Origin: a virus
Lineage: Duplodnaviria; Caudoviricetes
IMG/VR virus record: IMGVR_UViG_3300044840_000023
Span: 1 to 52,937 of that record
Length of the DNA: 52,937 nt
Strand: one strand, 5' to 3'
Below, in pieces: positions 1 through 8,831 of the stretch (position 1 is the first letter of the stretch; the number at the start of each line of letters is the position of its first letter). The position numbers and the translations under genes are program-made. Under the pieces are notes generated by a model. The model saw only the letters and a list, made by a program, of their open reading frames with translations. It was not told the DNA's origin and did no database searches.

Positions 1-127
1 GATTGGTGCCTCAAACAATCGGACAAGATGCCATGAAAGAAGGGCTACTCGAAAAGCCCTGTGCCAACTGCGGAAAGCCGTTCAAATTGCGCGTGCGGCC
101 GGCAACCGGCGAGGTAGAGACACGCAA
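1..127. repeat. Terminal direct repeat (1-127 = 52811-52937); circular contig overlap
   Basis: First 127 nt are identical to the last 127 nt. ORF 52553-52846 runs across the junction and overlaps the ATG at 33 (ATGA). Confidence 0.95.
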
Positions 128-197
128 GGCTTTCGAAAAGCGCCGGTTTTGCAGTCGAAAATGTGCGGCAATCAAGACAGCGCGAGAGCGGAGGTAG
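33..197 (+). CDS. Small zinc-finger protein
   Basis: CANC...FCSRKC motif; ATGA coupling with the upstream gene. Confidence 0.7.
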   Translation: MKEGLLEKPCANCGKPFKLRVRPATGEVETRKAFEKRRFCSRKCAAIKTARERR

Positions 198-205
198 ATC
201 GCACC

Positions 206-502
206 ATGATCGTCGTTCGCGTGGAGTTACACAGCGCAATCACTGGACAGGTAACAGAGCTGGCGCGCATGCACATTTCCAACGAAGGCGGCACCGCGAC
301 CAAAGGCGACTACGGCGTGGAAACGTTGCGCGGTCGCGATAAGGCGGCGCTGGACAAACGCAGAGTACAGCGTTCAGGCAAGGTGACGAACTACCCGCGC
401 CTTTCCATCCATGTATGGCACCTAGTCGCGCGGGCGCTGATCGCTACGGGCTACGCCGGTAAGGAAACGACGCTAGAACAGAACTCAATGGAGCCCGTAT
501 GA
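206..502 (+). CDS. Hypothetical phage protein
   Basis: GGAGGT RBS at 190-195 before ATG 206; stop overlaps the next start. Confidence 0.7.
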   Translation: MIVVRVELHSAITGQVTELARMHISNEGGTATKGDYGVETLRGRDKAALDKRRVQRSGKVTNYPRLSIHVWHLVARALIATGYAGKETTLEQNSMEPV

Positions 503-711
503 AAGAGCTGGTTTCGGTTATCGCCATGCTGTGCAAGGCGTACGGCGGGGAGTGCACGGAGGTCGTTGTCACCGATCAAGCCACCATGGCAGAGTGCAGC
601 GGCAACGTCGCCATGGAAGCCATCCCGGCGTGGTTATCATTGAGCCCGTACATGGAGCTCGGCTATCACCTCGCCGGCTGGCGCTGCCAGGTCAAGCGGA
701 CCCCGGCATGA
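499..711 (+). CDS. Small four-cysteine hypothetical protein
   Basis: ATGA overlaps at both ends; hydrophobic N-terminus, 4 Cys, W-x-C near the C-terminus. Confidence 0.65.
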   Translation: MKELVSVIAMLCKAYGGECTEVVVTDQATMAECSGNVAMEAIPAWLSLSPYMELGYHLAGWRCQVKRTPA

Positions 712-863
712 CGTGGATTTTAGTGCAGCATCGCGGCTGGCAGTCGTGGCATAAAATAGATGGCAGTTACCTTGTGCAAGATATTGACCTGATTAAACGC
801 GTGCGGCGACAAATGGGCGAGCCGGTCATTGCGGTGGTGCGCCTGAAGCGTTTTATTCCCTAA
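708..863 (+). CDS. Hypothetical protein (51 aa)
   Basis: ATGA-coupled start at 708 (MTWILVQH...). Confidence 0.5.
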   Translation: MTWILVQHRGWQSWHKIDGSYLVQDIDLIKRVRRQMGEPVIAVVRLKRFIP

Positions 864-919
864 GGACGCAAATAAATCTGGCAGGTGACAGGTTCCCGCG
901 GTCGTGGTATTCGTCGCCC

Positions 920-1459
920 ATGGCATACGAGCATTTCGGAAGCGGGTTGACCCTCAACAAAGACGTGCCGCTCGGCACCCCCCGCGACCGATCGACCTTT
1001 GCCTACATGGAACCACACCCCAAGGTCGCTAATCACGCGCAATGCGGTTCGTGCCACAATTGGGGCAAGGGCAATAAGCGCTGTTATTACCTGCAGGCTG
1101 ACGACAAGGTGGACGCCGACGACAGTTGCGTACTGTACGGCCAGGGCAAGCCGCAAGCCACCATTGAGCCCTCGGGCCAGTACCGAAAGGTTGAGCTAGG
1201 CTTTGTGGACGAGCAAGTCCGCTGCGAAAACTGCCGCGAATTTGACGACCGTGACCCCAAGCACTTGCATTGCGATTTTTACGCGCAGCTAACCCGTATC
1301 CTGCCGCTGCAATTCCAGCTCGATAAGAACGTCAACCCGAAAGGGTGCTGCAACGCCATGATGCCGGGACCGCGCAACCCGAAGAACTATGGTCCGTACG
1401 GCCCAATCCCCGACGCGGACGACCCCGGCGCCAAAGGCGGCCTCATAACCAAAATATAG
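920..1459 (+). CDS. Cys-rich protein with two HiPIP-like (4Fe-4S) motifs
   Basis: CGSC..C..VDADDSCVLY and CENC..C..VNPKGCCNAM match the CxxC-Xn-C-Xn-VxxxGxC layout of HiPIPs. Confidence 0.55.
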   Translation: MAYEHFGSGLTLNKDVPLGTPRDRSTFAYMEPHPKVANHAQCGSCHNWGKGNKRCYYLQADDKVDADDSCVLYGQGKPQATIEPSGQYRKVELGFVDEQVRCENCREFDDRDPKHLHCDFYAQLTRILPLQFQLDKNVNPKGCCNAMMPGPRNPKNYGPYGPIPDADDPGAKGGLITKI

Positions 1460-1522
1460 GGAAGCGGAACATTCGCGTCGCCACCTAGTTGCCATGTTTC
1501 ATTCGCACCCGGAGGACTGCCC

Positions 1523-1747
1523 ATGGGCATCATAGAAGCCATCATTCGCGCGCTGCTTTACTTGTGTTGCGTTGCGCTGGCGTTTTTTCTCTGCATTTGG
1601 GTTCTAGCTGAGTTGGGCGTTGCGTTGCCGCTAATGGTCATCACAATCCTAAAGGTGATGTTCGTTTTGATCGCAATCCTAATTCTTGTGCGGATTTTCT
1701 GGCCCGTGCTCGGCAGTCAGAACTGGTTTCCGCCCCGGGGGCCGTAG
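1523..1747 (+). CDS. Small two-TM membrane protein (possibly holin-like)
   Basis: GGAGGA RBS; two long hydrophobic segments. Confidence 0.7.
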   Translation: MGIIEAIIRALLYLCCVALAFFLCIWVLAELGVALPLMVITILKVMFVLIAILILVRIFWPVLGSQNWFPPRGP

Positions 1748-1834
1748 TCTGATAAGTCTCTAAGGATTGTCATACATTCGACAATCTGGCCGCGACCGTG
1801 TTAGCGTCGGAACCAAATCGACGGAGCGCGCATT

Positions 1835-4800
1835 ATGTCCGATACCAGCACATTCGGCGGCAGTTTTGGGCCAACCTCGGTTGGTGGTGCTCCGCTATCG
1901 GGGCCTGGGGGCGGCGCGGACGTACCGCCGAACCCCAGCGCACCCGCTCCGCAGGCGCCCCAAGGCATGTTTGGTTCGGGGTTGAGCGTAGGGCCTTTTG
2001 GTCGGCCCACGTACGCGCCGCCCGACCCTAACGCATCGCCGATCGCCAACGCGACCAGCCAGCTACAGCAGGATATCAGTCGCCTCGGGTCCGCCGGAGC
2101 GAGCCCGATCGCCAATTTCTTTGACCCGGACGGGGCGAAGAAAGCGCGCGACGAAGCGCTACAGAAAACACAGCAATTACAGCAACTGAAAGAGAAGCAA
2201 CAGCAACAGACGGATATCCAAAAGCAGGCGACCAACTTCGGCGTGCCGTCCAGTCAGATCAACCCGAATATGACGGGCGACACGATCGATAACTATTTGC
2301 TGGAACAGTACAAACAAGGCGACCCGAACGCGTTCAAAGCGCTGCAGGCGCGCGGCAAAACCGAGTGGCTGCAGGACTACTCGGGCGATTTCATTCAAGG
2401 CCAGGCTACCAACCTTTCCACGGCAAACAACGCCGTGACTGCGCTAAATGCCGCAGGCGACAATCAAGCGGCGTACAAAAGCGCGTTGAAAAGCCTAAAC
2501 CCCAAAGACCGGGACGCGCTCGAAAGGACTTTGCGGCAAGAGGGCGTGCAAGGCGGCATTCCGGACACTGCGGCGAAGTGGACTGCCGCGTCGGCCAAGC
2601 ACGGCGCGGCCTTCGCGCAGATGCGTCAATTCGTTGACCAGCATTTGCGCCAATACCAGAACATGACCAATTTTGACCAGGGCATGCCGAAAGAAGCGGC
2701 TGACAGCATCGCGGCCGGTATCACGCTCGGAAGCACAAGCGAGCCGGCTTTCGACGGCAAAAACGCCAAAATACGCGGCCAGGACGGGCAGCCCGGCGTC
2801 GTCGGCCCCAACGGCTCCGTACGTACGGACAAATTCGGCCTGTCGCCCTCGCAAGGCGGTTGGAACGCGTCGTCGGCCGAACGTCTCGAAAAAAGCGATA
2901 AGATGTTTGCCGGCGAAGACGTGAAAGGCGCGGTTAATCAGTACAACATCGCCAACAAGTTCCTGCATGAGGCGACGAACGACGCCAATTACACGTCGGC
3001 GGCCGGCATTGCGCTGTTGAAAGACACGCTTGGCGGCGTCGGCCGTGACGTGGCGGAAAAGTCGGCCGCGGCGGGCACTACGGGTTTGTCTAAGATGTTT
3101 AGCGACCAGCAAGGCAGTTTCGAAGGGTGGCTGAACAAGGCGCAAGGCGAGCTGGGCGCATACCAAAATTGGAAGAACAAAGGCGGCGTAGGACAACCGC
3201 CCCCCTCGGCGCGCATTTCCGACGAAACGAAGGCGGGTCTGAAAGCAATCGCGCAGGAAAACTATAAATTTGCGAAAGAGCAAGGCGCGGGCCGCTTGAC
3301 TGGCGCCATGCGATACGCCGGACAGATCGGCCGCCCGCTTGAAGACATTCCGCTCGATAAGGACTTGAAAGCGGAGGTTTCGCGCTACCACGAAGAGGGC
3401 CGGATTGACGCCGTTAACGGTTTCAATTCGTACCCGAGCCTCGTACGCGGTAACCAACGGATTTATTTTCAGCAGGGATCGAACGTCAACGGCGCCCAAG
3501 GTCCGCGCGCCCCGATGGCCTTCCCGCAGCCGGGCCAGGACAACACCGATAAACCAATTGCCAGCGCACCTGCCGGCGCGAGTGGCAATCCGCCCGCGGG
3601 GTCACCCCCGCCCTCCTCGGGTCCCGCGGGCGGTCCTAATTCTCCCGTTGCGACACCGGCCGGCGGACCAACGCCAGGCCGCTACGGCGTGCCCCCGGGC
3701 ATGCAGTTGAATACGCCGCAAGCGTTGGACGCCGCGGCTAACCGTACAATTCAAATTGAAAGCGGTTTTAGACCCGGCCAGCAAACGGGTTCGTACAAAG
3801 GTTATGGGCAGTGGTCGGACGATGAAATGCGCCGCCACGGGATTACGGACCCTGACGACTTGGGCCAGACGCAAGCGGCGCTGAAGGCCGATATCCAGAC
3901 GCGCGCTGCGAAGCTGCAGAAAGACGGCCTGCCCGTCACGGCGTCAAACGTCTACTTGATGCACCAGCAAGGCGAAGCCGGGTTAGAGGCGCATTTGCGC
4001 AATCCGGAAGGCAAGGCATGGGAGAACATTTCGCAGTATTACAAATCGCCTGCGATCGCCAAGCAAGCGGTTTGGGGCAACATGACGCCCGAAATGAAAA
4101 AGCAGTTCCCCGGCGGCGTTGATAGCGTCACCTCGGGCGATTTCACGCGTCTATGGCAAGCGCGGTACGACGGGACGGATGGCGTGAAGCACGGTGACGT
4201 GGCGGACGCTGTTAGCGGCCGTCGTTTGGGACTGGCCGCAACCGGACGGACAGCGATGCGCCCAACTAGCATTTTTGACGGCGCGCCGTCTGTGCCGATA
4301 TCGCAGGCCGACGTAAACCCGAACGTGCCGGGGGTCAACCCGGGTTTCGAGCAAGAGGAAGAAAACAAGAAACGCGGCGAAATCAACCCCGGCATGGTCG
4401 GCGGCATGGCGGGCTCGCTCGTTGGCGGACCCGCAGGCGGCGCGGCCGGCGGCGGTGCCGGCCAGATGCTCGAAAACTACATGCGCGGCGACAAGGTATT
4501 GCAGCCGAACGTCGTGGGCAGCGCTGCGTTTGGCGCGGCCGGCGGCATTCCGACTGCGGGCCTGAAGGGCGCAGCGTTGCGCGCGGGCACGGCAGCCGCG
4601 GGAGGCGGCGCACAAGGCGGGCTAGAAAACGGCGTGCCCGGCGCGGTCGCTGGCGCTGTAGAGGGCGGCGTGGGCGCTGCCGTGGGCGAAGGCGTTGGCC
4701 GCGGGGGTGCGGGCGCCGCCAATGCGCTAGACCGCTTCGGGGGCTTCCTTGGCATGGGCGGCCATCAAACCTTCTCACGGCTCACGGGCGAGGCGCAGAA

Positions 4801-5923
4801 GTCCTATTTGGACGCGGCCAATACCGTCGCCAAGGGCAAGCCGGAAAAGCCCGCTTCCCTGCCCGGCGGCGGCCCGAACCAGGTTGCAGAAAAGGCGTTT
4901 GAAGAAAAGCTGGCGAATTACGAAGACGCGGAAAAGCATCTTAAATCGGTGCTCCCGCACGTCAAGCCGGACGAAGCCGCGTACGCTGCACAGCAAGTCG
5001 GCGCGAGCAAAGGCGAAGGTGTAATCGGCCGCCCGGTCGCCGCGGAGATAGCTAGCGCGCAACGGGGCTACGGTGAGCTGCGAAGCGATACCGCCGTTTC
5101 CGGTAAAGCAAGAGGATTAGGTGCCCCCTTGTCGGCAGCGGGCGCAATACCAGACGGCCCGGTATCCCAACTTCGCACGGCTGACAACCCTTCGGGGAAG
5201 GTGCCGTACAGCCCGGAGGTGGAAAAGGCGTTCCACAACGCGGAAATGCTCGCTACCGCTCCCGCACACGGCGGCATCGCGGAGGTAGCGGACAACATCC
5301 TGAAGGCGCGTTCCGAGCTACTGGAACAGGAACGCACGGCGTTGGGAGGGGCGTCGCCGGACACGACCAAGGCCAAGGCTTTGCGCGCCGGAGCGGCTGC
5401 GTTGCGGCCGGAAATAGAACGCACTTTCGTGGCAGCGTTTGGCAAAGACGGCGCTAAAGTTGCGATGCAACGCCTGGACGCGCTGGATGTTCGGTACGCA
5501 CGCGCGATGAAATTGAGCGGTGACGGCGATATTGTCGGCACCATCGTCAAAGGCGGCAAGGCGGGCCGCGAAACCAGTCAAGCCTTCAAGGCGCTGACGA
5601 TGGGCGACGTACAGGCGCAACGTATGATGGACGCACTAGTGTCGTACCGAAAGGGCTACGGCACGAAAGAGCTAGTCACGTACGGCGCTCTGATTGCGGG
5701 CGAGTTACACTTGACGGGTTCGGCGATCGTATCGGTGCCGCTAATCGCTGCCAAGCTGGCGAGCATGCTACGCGACTACACGGTGCAAAAAGGAGCTGGT
5801 CGTCCCATAAAGATGGACACGCTGCTAAACAAGGGGCGCGAGCCCGCGCTAAACTCAGCGGTAGCCGGCCGTGCCGGTGCGGTTGCGGGAGGGCGCGAGG
5901 GCGCGTCACTAGGCATCCCGTAG
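1835..5923 (+). CDS. Large internal virion/DNA-ejection protein with lytic transglycosylase-like domain
   Basis: 1362 aa, Gln/Gly/Ala-rich; IQIESG...GYGQW...YLMHQQG resembles lysozyme-like/SLT motifs; Gly-rich putative membrane segments. Confidence 0.75.
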   Translation: MSDTSTFGGSFGPTSVGGAPLSGPGGGADVPPNPSAPAPQAPQGMFGSGLSVGPFGRPTYAPPDPNASPIANATSQLQQDISRLGSAGASPIANFFDPDGAKKARDEALQKTQQLQQLKEKQQQQTDIQKQATNFGVPSSQINPNMTGDTIDNYLLEQYKQGDPNAFKALQARGKTEWLQDYSGDFIQGQATNLSTANNAVTALNAAGDNQAAYKSALKSLNPKDRDALERTLRQEGVQGGIPDTAAKWTAASAKHGAAFAQMRQFVDQHLRQYQNMTNFDQGMPKEAADSIAAGITLGSTSEPAFDGKNAKIRGQDGQPGVVGPNGSVRTDKFGLSPSQGGWNASSAERLEKSDKMFAGEDVKGAVNQYNIANKFLHEATNDANYTSAAGIALLKDTLGGVGRDVAEKSAAAGTTGLSKMFSDQQGSFEGWLNKAQGELGAYQNWKNKGGVGQPPPSARISDETKAGLKAIAQENYKFAKEQGAGRLTGAMRYAGQIGRPLEDIPLDKDLKAEVSRYHEEGRIDAVNGFNSYPSLVRGNQRIYFQQGSNVNGAQGPRAPMAFPQPGQDNTDKPIASAPAGASGNPPAGSPPPSSGPAGGPNSPVATPAGGPTPGRYGVPPGMQLNTPQALDAAANRTIQIESGFRPGQQTGSYKGYGQWSDDEMRRHGITDPDDLGQTQAALKADIQTRAAKLQKDGLPVTASNVYLMHQQGEAGLEAHLRNPEGKAWENISQYYKSPAIAKQAVWGNMTPEMKKQFPGGVDSVTSGDFTRLWQARYDGTDGVKHGDVADAVSGRRLGLAATGRTAMRPTSIFDGAPSVPISQADVNPNVPGVNPGFEQEEENKKRGEINPGMVGGMAGSLVGGPAGGAAGGGAGQMLENYMRGDKVLQPNVVGSAAFGAAGGIPTAGLKGAALRAGTAAAGGGAQGGLENGVPGAVAGAVEGGVGAAVGEGVGRGGAGAANALDRFGGFLGMGGHQTFSRLTGEAQKSYLDAANTVAKGKPEKPASLPGGGPNQVAEKAFEEKLANYEDAEKHLKSVLPHVKPDEAAYAAQQVGASKGEGVIGRPVAAEIASAQRGYGELRSDTAVSGKARGLGAPLSAAGAIPDGPVSQLRTADNPSGKVPYSPEVEKAFHNAEMLATAPAHGGIAEVADNILKARSELLEQERTALGGASPDTTKAKALRAGAAALRPEIERTFVAAFGKDGAKVAMQRLDALDVRYARAMKLSGDGDIVGTIVKGGKAGRETSQAFKALTMGDVQAQRMMDALVSYRKGYGTKELVTYGALIAGELHLTGSAIVSVPLIAAKLASMLRDYTVQKGAGRPIKMDTLLNKGREPALNSAVAGRAGAVAGGREGASLGIP

Positions 5924-5924
5924 C

Positions 5925-6242
5925 ATGTTCCCTTGGGGCTTCGGCCAAGCACCGCAGAAGCAACTCGCCGAGACGCCGCGAGAAACACTCTTGCGGCGTC
6001 TCGGCGAAGGCGTGCCGGCGGAACTCGCGACCAGAGCTGCGGGCATTGCGTGGGACGAAATCAAAGACGACCCGGACGTAGACCGCGCACTAGCCGAGGG
6101 CGAGATACTGCTTTTCGAACGAACACGAGACAGCGGCGTTACCGGCGCGATACGCGCGGCGATGCGGCAGGAAGCTAAGACTTGGCAGGCGAAGGCGGAC
6201 ATTCCCACGGGAACGACACTTGAGGACTTGCTGCGCGGTTGA
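5925..6242 (+). CDS. Putative terminase small subunit
   Basis: 105 aa; HTH-like LGEGVPAELATRAAGI followed by helical DPDVDRALAEGE, typical of TerS; starts MFPW like TerL. Not adjacent to TerL. Confidence 0.45.
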   Translation: MFPWGFGQAPQKQLAETPRETLLRRLGEGVPAELATRAAGIAWDEIKDDPDVDRALAEGEILLFERTRDSGVTGAIRAAMRQEAKTWQAKADIPTGTTLEDLLRG

Positions 6243-6330
6243 GCATGAACGGCGCCTTGTTGTTCGCATCACGTCGAAGCACTGCCGGCAATTCGTCAAC
6301 GCCGTCCCGTTTTTCCCAAGGCATCGTCAT
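6175..6330 (-). CDS. 51-aa peptide with FtsZ-tail-like motif and two PW motifs (not in the ORF track)
   Basis: Manual translation MTMPWEKRDGVDELPAVLRRDANNKAPFMLNRAASPQVSFPWECPPSPAKS; ATGA-coupled to the upstream gene. Confidence 0.55.
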   Translation of the reverse strand: MTMPWEKRDGVDELPAVLRRDANNKAPFMLNRAASPQVSFPWECPPSPAKS

Positions 6331-6518
6331 TGAAGGTGCCCTTTTTCTCTCAACACGGCGAACGCCGCTTCTAGCTCGGCAACTTCTACGGCGTCTAACA
6401 TGACAACTTGGCCTAAATCGCCCTGAATTATTATCGTGCCATCATGGGCCACCACCGTCAGTTCGTCATTTACTTTTATTTTAGTCATCAGGTCGCGCGC
6501 TGCAGATACCATCGTCAT
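6327..6518 (-). CDS. Hypothetical protein
   Basis: MTMVSAARD... start is ATGA-coupled to a 29-aa hydrophobic ORF at 6515-6604. Confidence 0.55.
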   Translation of the reverse strand: MTMVSAARDLMTKIKVNDELTVVAHDGTIIIQGDLGQVVMLDAVEVAELEAAFAVLREKGHLQ

Positions 6519-6616
6519 TGAGCTACCCATGTGCAGTGCAGACCGTACAGCAGCATTAGCGACAGGGCTGCGAACGTGGCCCAAAACTTAACTTCTAGTG
6601 TCATAACCAACCTCCC

Positions 6617-6895
6617 CTAATCAACAAGCCACCCGGCGGCAACGACTTCTTCAGCACTCTTAAAATCGATGGTTTCGCCATCGCTAGATAGCGTAAAGTA
6701 GCCACCGGGAAGCTTGTGGAGCACGCCGTAGCTGCCTCTCGTGGCGGTGCCCTCAGCGCAGCGACGTATTTCCGCCGTCGTTGCCAGCCCGGTTCGGTTG
6801 TAAATCCGCTCATGTTTCATCGAACACGGCCACAGAACGTTGGTCTCGACGCCCTTTAAGCAGTCCATCGTTATTTGCCGGGCATCCCGTGCCAC
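6617..6895 (-). CDS. Hypothetical protein
   Basis: AAGGAGG RBS before GTG at 6895. Confidence 0.6.
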   Translation of the reverse strand: MARDARQITMDCLKGVETNVLWPCSMKHERIYNRTGLATTAEIRRCAEGTATRGSYGVLHKLPGGYFTLSSDGETIDFKSAEEVVAAGWLVD

Positions 6896-6922
6896 TTGCC
6901 AGCCCTCCTTAATCAATGCGTA

Positions 6923-7030
6923 CGCGTAGTTCCGTACGCTCGATTTGTCAAGCCCCAATATATTGTATGACATAATTGTCACACACACCCCTTGTTGTAT
7001 GACATTTTGTCATCTATACGTGCATTCGAT
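6923..7030. promoter_or_regulatory. Divergent control region: minus-strand TTGACA-17-TACGCG promoter and two TGTATGACA..TGTCA boxes
   Basis: tgtcaa at 6946-6951; TGTATGACATAATTGTCA and TGTATGACATTTTGTCA inverted-repeat boxes. Confidence 0.6.
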
Positions 7031-7066
7031 CGAATTTCACCAAACCCGCCATTAGGAGGTTATTCC

Positions 7067-7813
7067 GTGGTCCAGATCATCAATCAGCCGCTTAACCCCA
7101 ACCTTGGCGGTTTTCGACACTATTCGGGGCTCCTCCCGGTTTCCCCCATGGACGGCGGCCCGCAGGCGCAGGCGTCCGTGCGCGTGTTCCATGTCCCTTC
7201 CGCGAATGCTGCGGCGATCTTCCGCGGTGATATCGCCGTTCTGGCGTCGTCCGCCATTGGTACGCAGGGCGCAGGCGACTTGCCGGCAAACATTTCGGGA
7301 CCGTCCACGTCGGTTGTGATCGGCAACGGCGGCGGCTCGGGGCTGGGCAATCAGTCCATGGCGCCGAACATCACGCGTTGGGTACCCGGCGACACGGCCA
7401 CCACCACCTCGATTATCGCGGGCGTTATCGTCGGCTTTGGCCCGATCACGCTGTACATGGCGAAGAACGGTTTCCAGTTCATCCCCGCTTCGACCGAAGC
7501 TTGGGTTTTCGTCGAAACGGACCCGCAGGTCGAAATGGCCATCACGGTTCCGACCGTGCCTGGCACCGCGTTCAATCTGCTTTTGAACGACGGCGCCGAC
7601 GTACAGGCGAACGCCGGTTTCCAATCGACCCGCTTTGGTATCTCGGGCGTGTCGCTCAACCCGGCCGCCGCGGGTACGGCCACGCTGCCGCTCCGCGTGC
7701 TCTCCAGCGGCATGCAGATAGGCAATGACCCGACTTCGGCGGGCTTCGTCGCAAACGTCATGTTCAACCAAGCGCGGCATTTCCGTGGCGGCGCCGGCTT
7801 CAGCGCCGATTAA
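7067..7813 (+). CDS. Putative capsid cement/decoration protein
   Basis: AGGAGG RBS before GTG 7067; N-terminal NQP..GF..GL.P and AIFRGDIAVL pattern resemble the beta-rich protein usually found just before this MCP type. Confidence 0.6.
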   Translation: MVQIINQPLNPNLGGFRHYSGLLPVSPMDGGPQAQASVRVFHVPSANAAAIFRGDIAVLASSAIGTQGAGDLPANISGPSTSVVIGNGGGSGLGNQSMAPNITRWVPGDTATTTSIIAGVIVGFGPITLYMAKNGFQFIPASTEAWVFVETDPQVEMAITVPTVPGTAFNLLLNDGADVQANAGFQSTRFGISGVSLNPAAAGTATLPLRVLSSGMQIGNDPTSAGFVANVMFNQARHFRGGAGFSAD

Positions 7814-7851
7814 CCCGTAGCGCAACCGCAGCAACGCAAAGGATCACGACC

Positions 7852-8400
7852 ATGAAGAAAATTTTACTGGCCCTCCTCGCGCTGGCCGCAATGCCGGGCG
7901 TCGTGTCGGCGCAAGTCGTCACGAAGCTGCCCGTTGTCCTGCAAAACAACATCGGGCAGGTAGCGGACCTTGGCAACGGCCCGCTGGAAATACGCGTTCT
8001 GCAGGGAGCCGCGCAGCTCTTTACGTCGCAGGGCTCGGGCGTGGGCAGCGTCGCTGCCGGCACTGCGCTGGTCTTGACTGCCACGCCGGCAACCCCGCCG
8101 ATCGTTGGCGGCTTCATTACCTGCAACACGCCGACGAGCTGCACCATCCCGGCAAATACGACCGTGACCGCGTACAACGGCACCACGGGCGTCACCTTGT
8201 CGGCGTCGTCCACCGTGACCGCCGTACAAGTCAATTGGGGCGCAGCGTGCCCGACCACCGAAGGCGGTTTTGCTCCGGTCATGAACGTACAGGCCAATGT
8301 CGGCGCCGACGTGCCGTTGTTCACGCAAGCTCGCATTTGCGGCGCTTCGCAGTACGCGGCCGGCGCTTCAATCCTGCCCTTCGCGATCGGCGCGCACTAA
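7852..8400 (+). CDS. Secreted beta-rich virion-like protein (Sec signal)
   Basis: MKKILLALLALAAMPGVVSA|Q; Thr/Ala-rich; 4 Cys. Confidence 0.75.
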   Translation: MKKILLALLALAAMPGVVSAQVVTKLPVVLQNNIGQVADLGNGPLEIRVLQGAAQLFTSQGSGVGSVAAGTALVLTATPATPPIVGGFITCNTPTSCTIPANTTVTAYNGTTGVTLSASSTVTAVQVNWGAACPTTEGGFAPVMNVQANVGADVPLFTQARICGASQYAAGASILPFAIGAH

Positions 8401-8473
8401 CGAGAACAGTTCCCGGCCCCTCTGCGCGCTTGCGTACGGGCCGGGCTTCCTCTCTTGATCGAAAGGCGCAGCC

Positions 8474-8830
8474 ATGGCCGGCGTGGATATTGCAAATCAG
8501 TTTCCAAACAGCTTCATGGCCCTCGCTGTGAGGCTTGGGCAGTCGCGGTTCATATCGGTGGACGTGCCTGCCACGCCGCAGGGCGGCCAAGTCAATACCA
8601 ACATTTCGGCCACGGGCGGCACGCTTTTGACCGTACCCGCGCTCGCAACCTATGCGGTTATTACCGCGGTTGCCGGGGCGCTATTCGCGACGTACGACGG
8701 TTCGGCGCCAAGCGCGACAAACTTCGACGTACAGGTCGCGCAAGGCGCGCAGCTCCCCGTACAGGGCGCGCGGGCGCTCGCCGCAATCAAGGTGTTTGGC
8801 ACCGAAATGAGCGTCAGCTATTGGAGTTGA
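8474..8830 (+). CDS. Small beta-sandwich virion/adaptor protein without signal peptide
   Basis: C-terminal ~65 aa paralogous to the C-terminus of 16929-17618 (TVPA.ATYAV.TAV.G.LFATYDGS.PS...MSVSYW). Confidence 0.7.
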   Translation: MAGVDIANQFPNSFMALAVRLGQSRFISVDVPATPQGGQVNTNISATGGTLLTVPALATYAVITAVAGALFATYDGSAPSATNFDVQVAQGAQLPVQGARALAAIKVFGTEMSVSYWS

Positions 8831-8831
8831 C

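Noticed and set aside
6992-7066. Upstream extensions given by the ORF track (6992, also 21415, 28524, 28450)
   Set aside because: They run through promoter regions or upstream genes; downstream starts have clear RBSs or stop-start coupling.
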